Of a stretch of 64,000 nucleotides of DNA, positions 1 to 7,205 are shown piece by piece. Below the pieces are notes generated by a model. It did not search any database, had not been told where the DNA came from, and saw only the letters and a list, made by a program, of their open reading frames with translations. Each line of letters opens with the position of its first letter. Position 1 is the first letter of the stretch. Origin of the DNA: a virus; the IMG/VR virus record IMGVR_UViG_3300009506_000004, positions 32,001-96,000 of that record. One strand, given 5' to 3'. The translations under genes and the position numbers were made by a program.

Positions 1-64
1 CGGCTCATTAGAACAAGTTATTGGAGACCGATTTTTAAGTGTGCTACCATTACACCATACCTAT
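1..64 (-). ncRNA. tRNA-like RNA, probable YrlA-type Y RNA (5' part only, truncated by window edge)
   Basis: Minus strand reads ATAGGTA-TG-GTGTAATGGTAGCAC (acceptor 5' strand plus D-arm). No anticodon arm follows; instead ACTTAAAAATCGGTCTCCAATAACTTGTTCTAATGAGCCG, with CTTG and the start of a GCCG(AA) motif. Confidence 0.5.
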
Positions 65-67
65 CGT

Positions 68-379
68 TTATTCTTTCATTAACCCACAACAGCGATCCTT
101 TTCTTTTAATTCATTATAACAAATATGGCAATGCGTTTGTGGTTCTTTATTTAATTCACAAACAAATTCAACTTTATTTGAATTACCAACTTTTCCAGGA
201 ATATTTCCCCAACCCCTCAAATATATCGTGCCATCTTTATTAACAACTAATTGAACAGTCCTACCATCATCTAATTCAATTTCAATTACAGCTGAATGTG
301 GATCATTAACTTCAATAAATTTTGGCTGTCCCATAACATATGTTCTAGCTATCATTTGTTCCCTTTGTAAAATAATCAT
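68..379 (-). CDS. hypothetical protein with C-terminal Cys cluster (start probably at the second Met)
   Basis: ORF track; CHIC...CC motif; overlaps the upstream gene stop. Confidence 0.7.
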   Translation of the reverse strand: MIILQREQMIARTYVMGQPKFIEVNDPHSAVIEIELDDGRTVQLVVNKDGTIYLRGWGNIPGKVGNSNKVEFVCELNKEPQTHCHICYNELKEKDRCCGLMKE

Positions 380-782
380 TTACAAGATTAACACAAGCTA
401 ACAACGATAAACATAAAATTGGCAAGATTATTATTGGAAGTAAAATTAATCCCATAAAAGGGTCACCCCATAATCCCTTTATTGAATCATAATAATCTTG
501 TTTCCAAGCCCCCTCCGACACATCATCATCATCATCATCATTCCCGCCGCCATCGTCTATTGTCGGAGGGGGCTTAGCCTTCAACCGAAACGCAGATCTC
601 CATTCAGCATCCAATTCATTTTCATCAACTGTTTTAAACTTCTTAAGTTGTTCAACAGAATAAATTGTTTCATTTACACTATTAGGATTTATTCCTTCAA
701 GACAAATATAAACTACACCCTTAAAACCTTTTGGGCTTCTTTTAGTTTGAAGAATTAGTTTATTATTGTCTCTGAAAATCAT
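345..782 (-). CDS. hypothetical membrane protein with poly-Asp tract
   Basis: ORF track; C-terminal hydrophobic helix; consensus promoter directly upstream. Confidence 0.75.
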   Translation of the reverse strand: MIFRDNNKLILQTKRSPKGFKGVVYICLEGINPNSVNETIYSVEQLKKFKTVDENELDAEWRSAFRLKAKPPPTIDDGGGNDDDDDDVSEGAWKQDYYDSIKGLWGDPFMGLILLPIIILPILCLSLLACVNLVNDYFTKGTNDS

Positions 783-796
783 TTGCTTATATCTAT

Positions 797-824
797 ATTA
801 TACTACTTATTCTCTTGTTGTCAA
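797..824 (-). promoter_or_regulatory. sigma70-type promoter
   Basis: TTGACA-16 nt-TATAAT on the minus strand, 14 nt before the ATG at 782. Confidence 0.7.
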
Positions 825-825
825 A

Positions 826-951
826 TTATTTTTTGTTCCAAGCACAGCATATTTGAATAAAAATAACAATTAAAATTAATACAATAGATATAATCCAATA
901 ATCTAATGTTTCATTGCCAATGAAACCACGTTGGAATTCTGACCACCACAC
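826..951 (-). CDS. small membrane peptide (41 aa, GTG start), not in ORF track
   Basis: Manual translation MWWSEFQRGFIGNETLDYWIISIVLILIVIFIQICCAWNKK; start overlaps the upstream TAG. Confidence 0.55.
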   Translation of the reverse strand: MWWSEFQRGFIGNETLDYWIISIVLILIVIFIQICCAWNKK

Positions 952-1184
952 TATTGTCTCTCACTAAGACGCTGACCTATAACTTGTCTACCTAGAAACA
1001 TAAGATTAAATTTACTACCACAAGCATCACATCTAACATTAATTGAACAACCCCCTTCAGGTCCAGTTAGTAAATACCCTATTTTACAATCTGGGCAATC
1101 AGGTTTCTTACTTTCAATAGCAGTAAGTATATATTCAGCTTCTTCTTCTGTAATACATTCATTAATTTCACATGACTGTTTCAT
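951..1184 (-). CDS. zinc-ribbon protein
   Basis: CPDC...CDAC pairs. Confidence 0.7.
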   Translation of the reverse strand: MKQSCEINECITEEEAEYILTAIESKKPDCPDCKIGYLLTGPEGGCSINVRCDACGSKFNLMFLGRQVIGQRLSERQ

Positions 1185-1202
1185 ACAAAATCCCCTAAAT
1201 TA

Positions 1203-1391
1203 TTATTCATCAGAAACATATTCATCCCAGACTTCCAATACTTTCGCAAGAATACATTTTACATTATTTTCTTCTTCATGAGAACAACATTTATCTGACA
1301 TAACAGTACAAAAGGCATCAATAATCGATTCACGTAATTCAGTAATTATATCATTTTTTTTCATTGTTTCAAGTTTGTACACATTTATCAT
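1203..1391 (-). CDS. hypothetical protein
   Basis: ORF track; ATGA overlap with the upstream gene. Confidence 0.6.
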   Translation of the reverse strand: MINVYKLETMKKNDIITELRESIIDAFCTVMSDKCCSHEEENNVKCILAKVLEVWDEYVSDE

Positions 1392-1585
1392 GTAAAATCC
1401 CCTATGGTGGTTACATCTTTGATATCGAACATTTTGGCTGGTTTAAATGATCTGAATCCATCCTCAGTCCTACAAAGGAGGTTACTACCTTGCCCACCTA
1501 ATACCAAAGCAAGTCTTTCCTTATCGTGGTATGTAAATGTCCACCAAGGACATCTAGGGGCTTGAACAAATTCACAACTAATCAT
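1388..1585 (-). CDS. hypothetical protein
   Basis: ORF track; ATGA overlaps at both ends. Confidence 0.65.
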   Translation of the reverse strand: MISCEFVQAPRCPWWTFTYHDKERLALVLGGQGSNLLCRTEDGFRSFKPAKMFDIKDVTTIGDFT

Positions 1586-2001
1586 TGGAATCCTCCCTTA
1601 TTGATATTACATGGTTCACATAAAGTTTGATAGTTATCTATAATGTTTAATCCACCACTAGATTTTGGTATTATATGGTCCTTTGTCAACATTACAACTT
1701 GCCCACTAGGTTTAATTCCATATAAATTAAAATGCCCATTTGATCGCCTAGTTCTTTTAACATCAAGACACATAATTCTTCCAACTACACCACAATATGC
1801 ACATGCACAAGATTTCTTGAATACTTTGTATCTTTGAGAAGCTAGATTAATTTTTAATTCATATAATTTAACTCTATCTTCTTTTTCCATTAAATCAAAT
1901 ACAAATTCTGGTGTAAATTGTGCTATATGAGTATTACCAGAATGTCTTGAATCATTTAATTGCATACGTAACATAGCTAGTAATATATCTTCACTTACCA
2001 C
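1582..2001 (-). CDS. HNH endonuclease
   Basis: CAYC...DHIIPKSSGG..N..NYQTLCEPCNINKG HNH signature. Confidence 0.85.
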   Translation of the reverse strand: MVSEDILLAMLRMQLNDSRHSGNTHIAQFTPEFVFDLMEKEDRVKLYELKINLASQRYKVFKKSCACAYCGVVGRIMCLDVKRTRRSNGHFNLYGIKPSGQVVMLTKDHIIPKSSGGLNIIDNYQTLCEPCNINKGGFQ

Positions 2002-2242
2002 TGATTACCTCCAAATAAAGTCTAGCACATTCTGGACAAGCATGTTTCATAGATTGAGGATTTATTTCACAAGCAACATCCCATCCACCAAATTTCAAAT
2101 CAACTCTACCACATAAACTTGGGGTATCAATACCACCACTCATATGCTGACCAGTTTTTGTTAATGGTCTGATATGCCACTTAGAATAACTATTAGCCAT
2201 TACTGACTCACAGTAGGAATATCGAGTTTTCTGTATTGCCAT
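1991..2242 (-). CDS. hypothetical zinc-binding protein
   Basis: ORF track; H...SLCG...CPEC pattern. Confidence 0.65.
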   Translation of the reverse strand: MAIQKTRYSYCESVMANSYSKWHIRPLTKTGQHMSGGIDTPSLCGRVDLKFGGWDVACEINPQSMKHACPECARLYLEVISGK

Positions 2243-2475
2243 TTGTTGCTTCTTTCCTTTCTTGTCACAGTTTCAAAAGCCCTGTCTCTATCTTCTATCT
2301 TAGCATATTTTTTATACGTGTGCCATCTTTTTATTCCATCATAATATCTCCTACCAAGAGCATTTATTAGAATATCTTCACCAACAAAACGACACTGAAT
2401 AATAAATGGTTTAGGCTTAGATTTCTTGTAGTGTTTTGGTCTTTCTTCCTTCTTATTTCTATCATATTTTTTCAT
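2200..2475 (-). CDS. hypothetical basic protein
   Basis: ORF track; consistent with operon packing. Confidence 0.65.
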   Translation of the reverse strand: MKKYDRNKKEERPKHYKKSKPKPFIIQCRFVGEDILINALGRRYYDGIKRWHTYKKYAKIEDRDRAFETVTRKERSNKWQYRKLDIPTVSQ

Positions 2476-2540
2476 GGTGTCAATTCTGTACTAAAATTGA
2501 GTGGTATTATTAACTTTTCTTAGTTAACTGTTCTACTAAA

Positions 2541-2897
2541 CTAGCCATCTTTAAAATACCTTTGTGCTCTATAAAACATTTCTTCGATAGCCTCTTGAAT
2601 AGGGTATTCAAAGAAAACTGAACCGTCCGGATTGTATCCCATAACTGATTTAGGATTGATATTAGACACAAAATCAGGATTAATAGGATTGACATTAGAC
2701 ACAAAATCTGGGTTATTTAAAATTTTTCTAGCTCTACCAGTAGCAATATTTTTACCAATAGTTTTATCAAAATCATCTACTTCATTACATTGACTCCATC
2801 CAATAGCAAAGTTAGTACCTTCACCAACTGCTGCAACACATCCAATTAACTTATGTGCTTTAAATGGATGTCTAACAAATTTAATTAGTTCATACAT
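2541..2897 (-). CDS. hypothetical phage protein with internal 11-aa duplication
   Basis: IGWSQC...D.FDK.IG..IA.GRA pattern; NPDFVSN repeated. Confidence 0.75.
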   Translation of the reverse strand: MYELIKFVRHPFKAHKLIGCVAAVGEGTNFAIGWSQCNEVDDFDKTIGKNIATGRARKILNNPDFVSNVNPINPDFVSNINPKSVMGYNPDGSVFFEYPIQEAIEEMFYRAQRYFKDG

Positions 2898-2898
2898 T

Positions 2899-3120
2899 TT
2901 ATTCCTCTCTTATTGAAGTTAGAATTAAATCAGATCTTGGTATTACTAACGTATCACTATAGAATTCCTCAAATTCATTATCATTAAGACATAATGCATT
3001 TATATTATCTATTGTAATAGTCCTAATGTACAATTCTTCTTTGTATTCAAAAGTATCACCAATTTCTATACTTTCAAAAGGAATATTTACTTTATAATTT
3101 ATTTTATTATCAATTCTCAT
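2899..3120 (-). CDS. hypothetical protein
   Basis: ORF track; tight packing. Confidence 0.65.
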   Translation of the reverse strand: MRIDNKINYKVNIPFESIEIGDTFEYKEELYIRTITIDNINALCLNDNEFEEFYSDTLVIPRSDLILTSIREE

Positions 3121-3292
3121 TTTTTAACCTCATTAAAGCTTCCAACCGCCTAGATTTTTCATCTTCTAACTGTTTAATTCTACTATATAAATAAGGTAAT
3201 GTTGGGTCATCTTCTACTTTTCTAAGCAAATCAGATATTTCTATTTCTAACTTTTTTATTACTTCTACTAATTCATTCACTTTCACACTCAT
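3110..3292 (-). CDS. hypothetical coiled-coil protein
   Basis: ORF track; heptad-like Leu/Ile pattern. Confidence 0.6.
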   Translation of the reverse strand: MSVKVNELVEVIKKLEIEISDLLRKVEDDPTLPYLYSRIKQLEDEKSRRLEALMRLKNEN

Positions 3293-3620
3293 CTAGAATC
3301 ATAGATTCGTAGTATTCTATATCATCTTCTAAATATCCCCAAACTAATTTATTAAGTTCTGTAAATAAATCAGAATTATCAACATGATAATCACCATCTT
3401 CATTTGTGTATTTTGTTATAATAAGACTATTGATATTTACACTAGGTGGTGAACCTGGATAACCACGAGCATAACCACGTTCTCTAAAATCTGGTTCTTC
3501 ACCTGGGGTATAATCATAGAGCAAAGTGGCTTCTACATCAATAATCCCTAAACCTAATTCAGTAGCATCGATTTCCTCAAAAGTAGCTTCGTATGTTTTT
3601 GCCATTACATTCCTCCACAA
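3273..3620 (-). CDS. hypothetical acidic protein
   Basis: ORF track; likely start at MAKT with GGAGG RBS. Confidence 0.7.
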   Translation of the reverse strand: MWRNVMAKTYEATFEEIDATELGLGIIDVEATLLYDYTPGEEPDFRERGYARGYPGSPPSVNINSLIITKYTNEDGDYHVDNSDLFTELNKLVWGYLEDDIEYYESMILDECESE

Positions 3621-3741
3621 ATTTTCTTATTTGCTTATAACATTTATTATCAACTATATCCATATCTCCTGCTTCGATAGCTCTATCTAATAAAGCTTTA
3701 ATTTGTCTTGCTTGTTTTTCACCTAAAACTATGCTAGTCAT
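3577..3741 (-). CDS. small hypothetical protein (54 aa), not in ORF track
   Basis: Manual translation MTSIVLGEKQARQIKALLDRAIEAGD...; fills the gap and has an AGGAG RBS. Confidence 0.55.
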   Translation of the reverse strand: MTSIVLGEKQARQIKALLDRAIEAGDMDIVDNKCYKQIRKFVEECNGKNIRSYF

Positions 3742-4840
3742 TTCTAGTCTCCTTTAAACAATCAAACATACTAGGAATAGAAAATTCAAAATCAAAATCT
3801 ATTTCATCTTTTATAACACAATCTCTACAACCCGTAAAATGTTCAACATTTAAAAATTCTAGTGAATCTGCTTCAGGTATTTCATGGCATCCTTCACTTT
3901 CAATATGTATTCCATACCTACATTTATATTTAATTTTTGGAAAAGTAACTCTTACATGTACTTCCTTAGCATACCGTTTAATTTGTGGTACCAAATATTG
4001 CATAGTTGGTCCACGTACGATTGAATCATCAACAAGTATAACACACTTATCCCATAATGCTTCAGGAATTAATGTATATTTATTTTCTTGTCCATTCTCA
4101 GTTATAAATGTCCTATCTGTTCCTCTATTTCTAACAATAGCACTAACACAAGGTATACCAGTTTTTTCTGATAGTGCTTCAGCAGCAGCTATAGCCGAAT
4201 CGGGTACTGGTACAATTATATCAGCTTTAGGAACATTTATTAATTGCCCAAGTTCCCTTCGTCTAGCCCATGTACCTTTATTAGTTACATGCGAAAAATA
4301 TACATCTTCAAAACAACATTTGTGACTTGATGAATAATAAAATCTATATACGTTACCATTGGCTAAATTAACTATAGTACCTGGATCCACCTCTGTCCAA
4401 TTTAATTTTGGGTCTGCTGTAGTCTCTGAAGCTACTGCATAGCCCCAATCACTCCATGCAACATATAGCGGGTGGAATCCAAATGGATCCCTCCCAGCCA
4501 TCATTTGATTACCATCTTTCCAAACAAATGAATATGCACCAGCTATTCTTCCACCGTGAAATAAAGTTTTGGCTAATTTAACAGTATCCCCATCTTTAAC
4601 TTCACCATTAAATGCTGTCCAAGTACTTTTATAAAAGTATGGTTGACAAACAGAATCCTCATTAGTTACATACCTAACATGACCAATACCAAAATCATTA
4701 ATTTTTTCTAATTCATTAACTCTATTGGCTAATAGCCGTGTGAAACCAGTAACAATTCCACATTGAGCAAACCCCCTATGTTGAATTCTTGACAACATTT
4801 CAACAAGATTAACAGTATATCCTCCAACTATCCCGCACAT
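3734..4840 (-). CDS. purF: amidophosphoribosyltransferase-like (class II glutamine amidotransferase plus PRTase domain)
   Basis: N-terminal MCGI nucleophile, HRG, GHVRY, NG, RDPFGFHPL, ASE, PVPDS, VDDSIVRG PRPP loop. Confidence 0.88.
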   Translation of the reverse strand: MCGIVGGYTVNLVEMLSRIQHRGFAQCGIVTGFTRLLANRVNELEKINDFGIGHVRYVTNEDSVCQPYFYKSTWTAFNGEVKDGDTVKLAKTLFHGGRIAGAYSFVWKDGNQMMAGRDPFGFHPLYVAWSDWGYAVASETTADPKLNWTEVDPGTIVNLANGNVYRFYYSSSHKCCFEDVYFSHVTNKGTWARRRELGQLINVPKADIIVPVPDSAIAAAEALSEKTGIPCVSAIVRNRGTDRTFITENGQENKYTLIPEALWDKCVILVDDSIVRGPTMQYLVPQIKRYAKEVHVRVTFPKIKYKCRYGIHIESEGCHEIPEADSLEFLNVEHFTGCRDCVIKDEIDFDFEFSIPSMFDCLKETRND

Positions 4841-5028
4841 TAAAACCCCTCAGTATTTTTATTAAGAAATTTACGAATTTCTGTTAATGCTTTACCAATA
4901 GCTTTATCTTCTCTTTTTTCACTAAATTCATAAAGCATAGAACCATCGATTGTTACCGAAGCTCTATAATAACTTTCATTGCTTCCTCTTTTGACATAAA
5001 TATGGTCAGTTTCAATTTCTATTTTCAT
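4840..5028 (-). CDS. hypothetical protein
   Basis: ORF track; AGGAGG RBS; TAATG coupling to purF. Confidence 0.7.
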   Translation of the reverse strand: MKIEIETDHIYVKRGSNESYYRASVTIDGSMLYEFSEKREDKAIGKALTEIRKFLNKNTEGF

Positions 5029-5196
5029 AAATTCCTCCTTAATTCTTCCAAATAGTGGACATGATCAGTACTGCCCTGATGTCCTAGCAACTCTAACGGC
5101 TTTTCACTAGCGCTTTTAACCGCTTCCTCAAAGGACGAATTGTAGTCGAATCTAGTTCATGCCCAAACATTTATCAACTAATTCAATATCTTCCAT
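5025..5196 (-). pseudogene. possible frameshifted small gene
   Basis: MEDIELVDKCLGM then a stop; removing one base near 5156 gives a 56-aa ORF that fills the gap exactly. Confidence 0.3.
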
Positions 5197-5826
5197 CTAT
5201 ATTAGCTCCATACCAGTTAAAGCTACTTCTTGGTTTCTATCAGAAATTAATTTATCAAAACAATACCTTAGAAATGTTTCTGTATTATTCTCATAATAAC
5301 TGTTCCATGGTCTAGGGACGATAACAGCTCTTCCACCTCTACCAACAAAACCTCTACAAAGTTCATTATTATCGTCAATTATTAAGTCACCATTAGATGC
5401 TGCTAACTCAATTTTATTTGGTGTAATAAAAAATTGCCCTTGTAACCAAATTGGTAGAGAAGTTTGAATCCATTTCATTTTACCAGAAGCACAGTCAACA
5501 TCACATTTATGATTAAGAGTATTAGAAGTAGCAATGAATATTCTATTGCGTGGTACTAATTCTTGTGCAAAATCCAAAATTAAATTAAATTCTTTGCTTA
5601 ATGGTGCTTCTGCCCAACACCATTCTGGTATAGATTCCCAAAATTCATCAGACGTCCACTCTCTTTCAGTTAATATTGAACAAGCTTTAACAATATCATA
5701 TTCACCTGGACACGGGAATTTATTGTAATCATATGGTCTGATATTTAAATTAAAAACTTTCCCCAAAATAAACATAGTAAGAGAATTAAGTGTATCATCT
5801 ACATCTATAAAGATTCTTTTAATCAT
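5197..5826 (-). CDS. 5'(3')-deoxyribonucleotidase-like HAD phosphatase (NT5C)
   Basis: IFIDVDDTL motif I, K..W, IIDDN motif IV, PWN. Confidence 0.82.
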   Translation of the reverse strand: MIKRIFIDVDDTLNSLTMFILGKVFNLNIRPYDYNKFPCPGEYDIVKACSILTEREWTSDEFWESIPEWCWAEAPLSKEFNLILDFAQELVPRNRIFIATSNTLNHKCDVDCASGKMKWIQTSLPIWLQGQFFITPNKIELAASNGDLIIDDNNELCRGFVGRGGRAVIVPRPWNSYYENNTETFLRYCFDKLISDRNQEVALTGMELI

Positions 5827-6166
5827 TAAGAAAACCCTTTAAACCTATTTCTTTTGGTAAGCATCCTATTAAACTACATTCTAAAGATTCATATTCTTTC
5901 ATAGATAAAGTAAAAATTAAATCTTTTACTAACTGTTTCCAACCTCTTGCATCACATTCATCACCAGCCTCATTTCTATGTAAAGCTTCAATAGTATCAC
6001 GAAGCAATATCAATTTTGTATGTATAGTAAATTCATCCCAATGTATCTTAATCCAATCAATACAAGATCCAACAATGTAACTGCGTCTGCCCAAACAATA
6101 ACGATGTGCAGCTGTTACCATTAACTGGCTATTCGTACCTTCTGATATTTTCATTACCAAGTCCAA
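5819..6166 (-). CDS. hypothetical phage protein
   Basis: ORF track; A.RYCLGR.SY motif seen in small phage proteins. Confidence 0.7.
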   Translation of the reverse strand: MDLVMKISEGTNSQLMVTAAHRYCLGRRSYIVGSCIDWIKIHWDEFTIHTKLILLRDTIEALHRNEAGDECDARGWKQLVKDLIFTLSMKEYESLECSLIGCLPKEIGLKGFLND

Positions 6167-6258
6167 AAAGTAGACACACGGAATGCATCACCAAGAAGTG
6201 CATCATAACAATAAAATGCTGCAATAGCTACACAAGTCCAAAAAAGCAAATCTTTCAT
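6154..6258 (-). CDS. small hydrophobic peptide (34 aa)
   Basis: Manual translation MKDLLFWTCVAIAAFYCYDALLGDAFRVSTFWTW; GAGG RBS; TAATG coupling. Confidence 0.45.
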   Translation of the reverse strand: MKDLLFWTCVAIAAFYCYDALLGDAFRVSTFWTW

Positions 6259-6289
6259 TTTAACCTCTCTTTCTTTCTAACTTTCTTAG

Positions 6290-6365
6290 TTGGCATGAGT
6301 GGACTTGAACCACTGAAACCTCCTGTTTATAAGACAGGCGCTCTGACCAACTGAGCTACATGCCA
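6290..6365 (-). tRNA. tRNA-Ile(UAU)
   Basis: TGGCATG/CATGCCA acceptor, TAGCTCAGTTGG D-arm, CCTGT-CTTATAA-ACAGG anticodon arm, GGTTCAAGTCC T-arm; no encoded CCA. Confidence 0.92.
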
Positions 6366-6366
6366 G

Positions 6367-6438
6367 TGAGACCGGCGAGATTTGAACTCGCAATCTTTTG
6401 ATTAAAAGTCAAATGCATTACCATTTTGCTACGATCTC
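6367..6438 (-). tRNA. tRNA-Lys(UUU)
   Basis: GAGATCG/CGGTCTC acceptor, TTTGA-CTTTTAA-TCAAA anticodon arm, GAGTTCAAATCTC T-arm. Confidence 0.9.
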
Positions 6439-6776
6439 TAATTAATTCTTGCAAATTCTTCATGATATTTCCTTGCTGCTTCTTTGTAAGTTTTAACTGC
6501 TTCTTCTATATCTTCAAAAAGACCTAAATGTTTTCTTTTACCATTTATTTTAATATATGCTCTCCACTTTTTGGCATTATTATCCCAGCAAACACCTTTA
6601 TAACCACTAGTATTATTTTTCTGTTTTCCTTTATTCATACAATTTTGAGAACGAGTTGCAGACCTTAAATTTTTTCTTTTACATTTTAATACACACCATT
6701 TCCATTGATTTAAATACTCATAATCTTCATCAGAAACTATAGCATATTTACCTTGTGTCAATTTTATTCTTTTCAT
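6438..6776 (-). CDS. AP2-domain protein; HNH-AP2 homing endonuclease derivative lacking the HNH core
   Basis: Aligns with both halves of ORF 34011-34877 but lacks the MHR...DHINGDKLDN segment. Confidence 0.8.
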   Translation of the reverse strand: MKRIKLTQGKYAIVSDEDYEYLNQWKWCVLKCKRKNLRSATRSQNCMNKGKQKNNTSGYKGVCWDNNAKKWRAYIKINGKRKHLGLFEDIEEAVKTYKEAARKYHEEFARIN

Positions 6777-6803
6777 ATTACCTTTAATCTAATTAAAAAT
6801 TCA

Positions 6804-6838
6804 TCGGCATAAGTAAATAGCTAGTTTACTTATGCCGA
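6804..6838. repeat. perfect 14-bp inverted repeat
   Basis: TCGGCATAAGTAAA-tagctag-TTTACTTATGCCGA. Confidence 0.9.
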
Positions 6839-6949
6839 CCAGGAACATTTACCTGTCTCATAGGGTGCTTAACTAGGTTTAGCCCCTGCGTTGGATCCTA
6901 CTAGTCTAGTATTTCAGTATCCCTTGCGGCACATATGGTGCTATAAAAG

Positions 6950-7023
6950 CACCGAGTGGGGGAATCGAACCCACCATTTTCAGATCGAAGGTCTGATGTC
7001 CTAAACCGTTAGACTAACTCGGC
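6950..7023 (-). tRNA. tRNA-Glu(UUC), C at position 33
   Basis: GCCGAGT/ACTCGGT acceptor, GTCTAACGGTTTAGGAC D-arm, TCAGA-CCTTCGA-TCTGA, GGTTCGATTCC. Confidence 0.88.
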
Positions 7024-7168
7024 ATTTGCTTCTTAACTCCAGACGGGTCAGCCTTCTTTGCTAAGAAGCATCGATCACCCTAGTTTTTGTTGATCAAGTA
7101 ACTAACTCTAGTCCTTCCGGACGCCTATAAAATAACGTAGACACTTGTCAGTGTCCTGTTACATCTAA

Positions 7169-7197
7169 ATTATGGCACGAAAAAAGCCCGCTGTCAA
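7169..7197 (-). promoter_or_regulatory. sigma70-type promoter for tRNA cluster 1
   Basis: TTGACA-17 nt-CATAAT with extended -10 TG. Confidence 0.65.
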
Positions 7198-7205
7198 GAG
7201 CGGGC
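7180..7205 (-). terminator. intrinsic terminator
   Basis: GCCCGCT-CTTGAC-AGCGGGC followed by TTTTTT on the minus strand. Confidence 0.8.

Noticed and set aside
521-542. (CAT)n microsatellite
   Set aside because: Simply encodes the poly-Asp tract
826-951. Apparent in-frame TGA in a small membrane ORF
   Set aside because: Recounting the frame gives an uninterrupted 41-aa ORF
6860-6900. Resemblance to a pistol ribozyme on the plus strand
   Set aside because: P1 and P2 pairings cannot form, and the strand is opposite to transcription
6777-6949. Group I intron or HDV-like theta ribozyme after tRNA-Glu
   Set aside because: No P7 core elements and no nested double-pseudoknot pattern found by eye
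7105-7128. SRP RNA (GTCCGGAAGGA)
   Set aside because: Lacks the CAGG/AGCAG internal loops and the long helix
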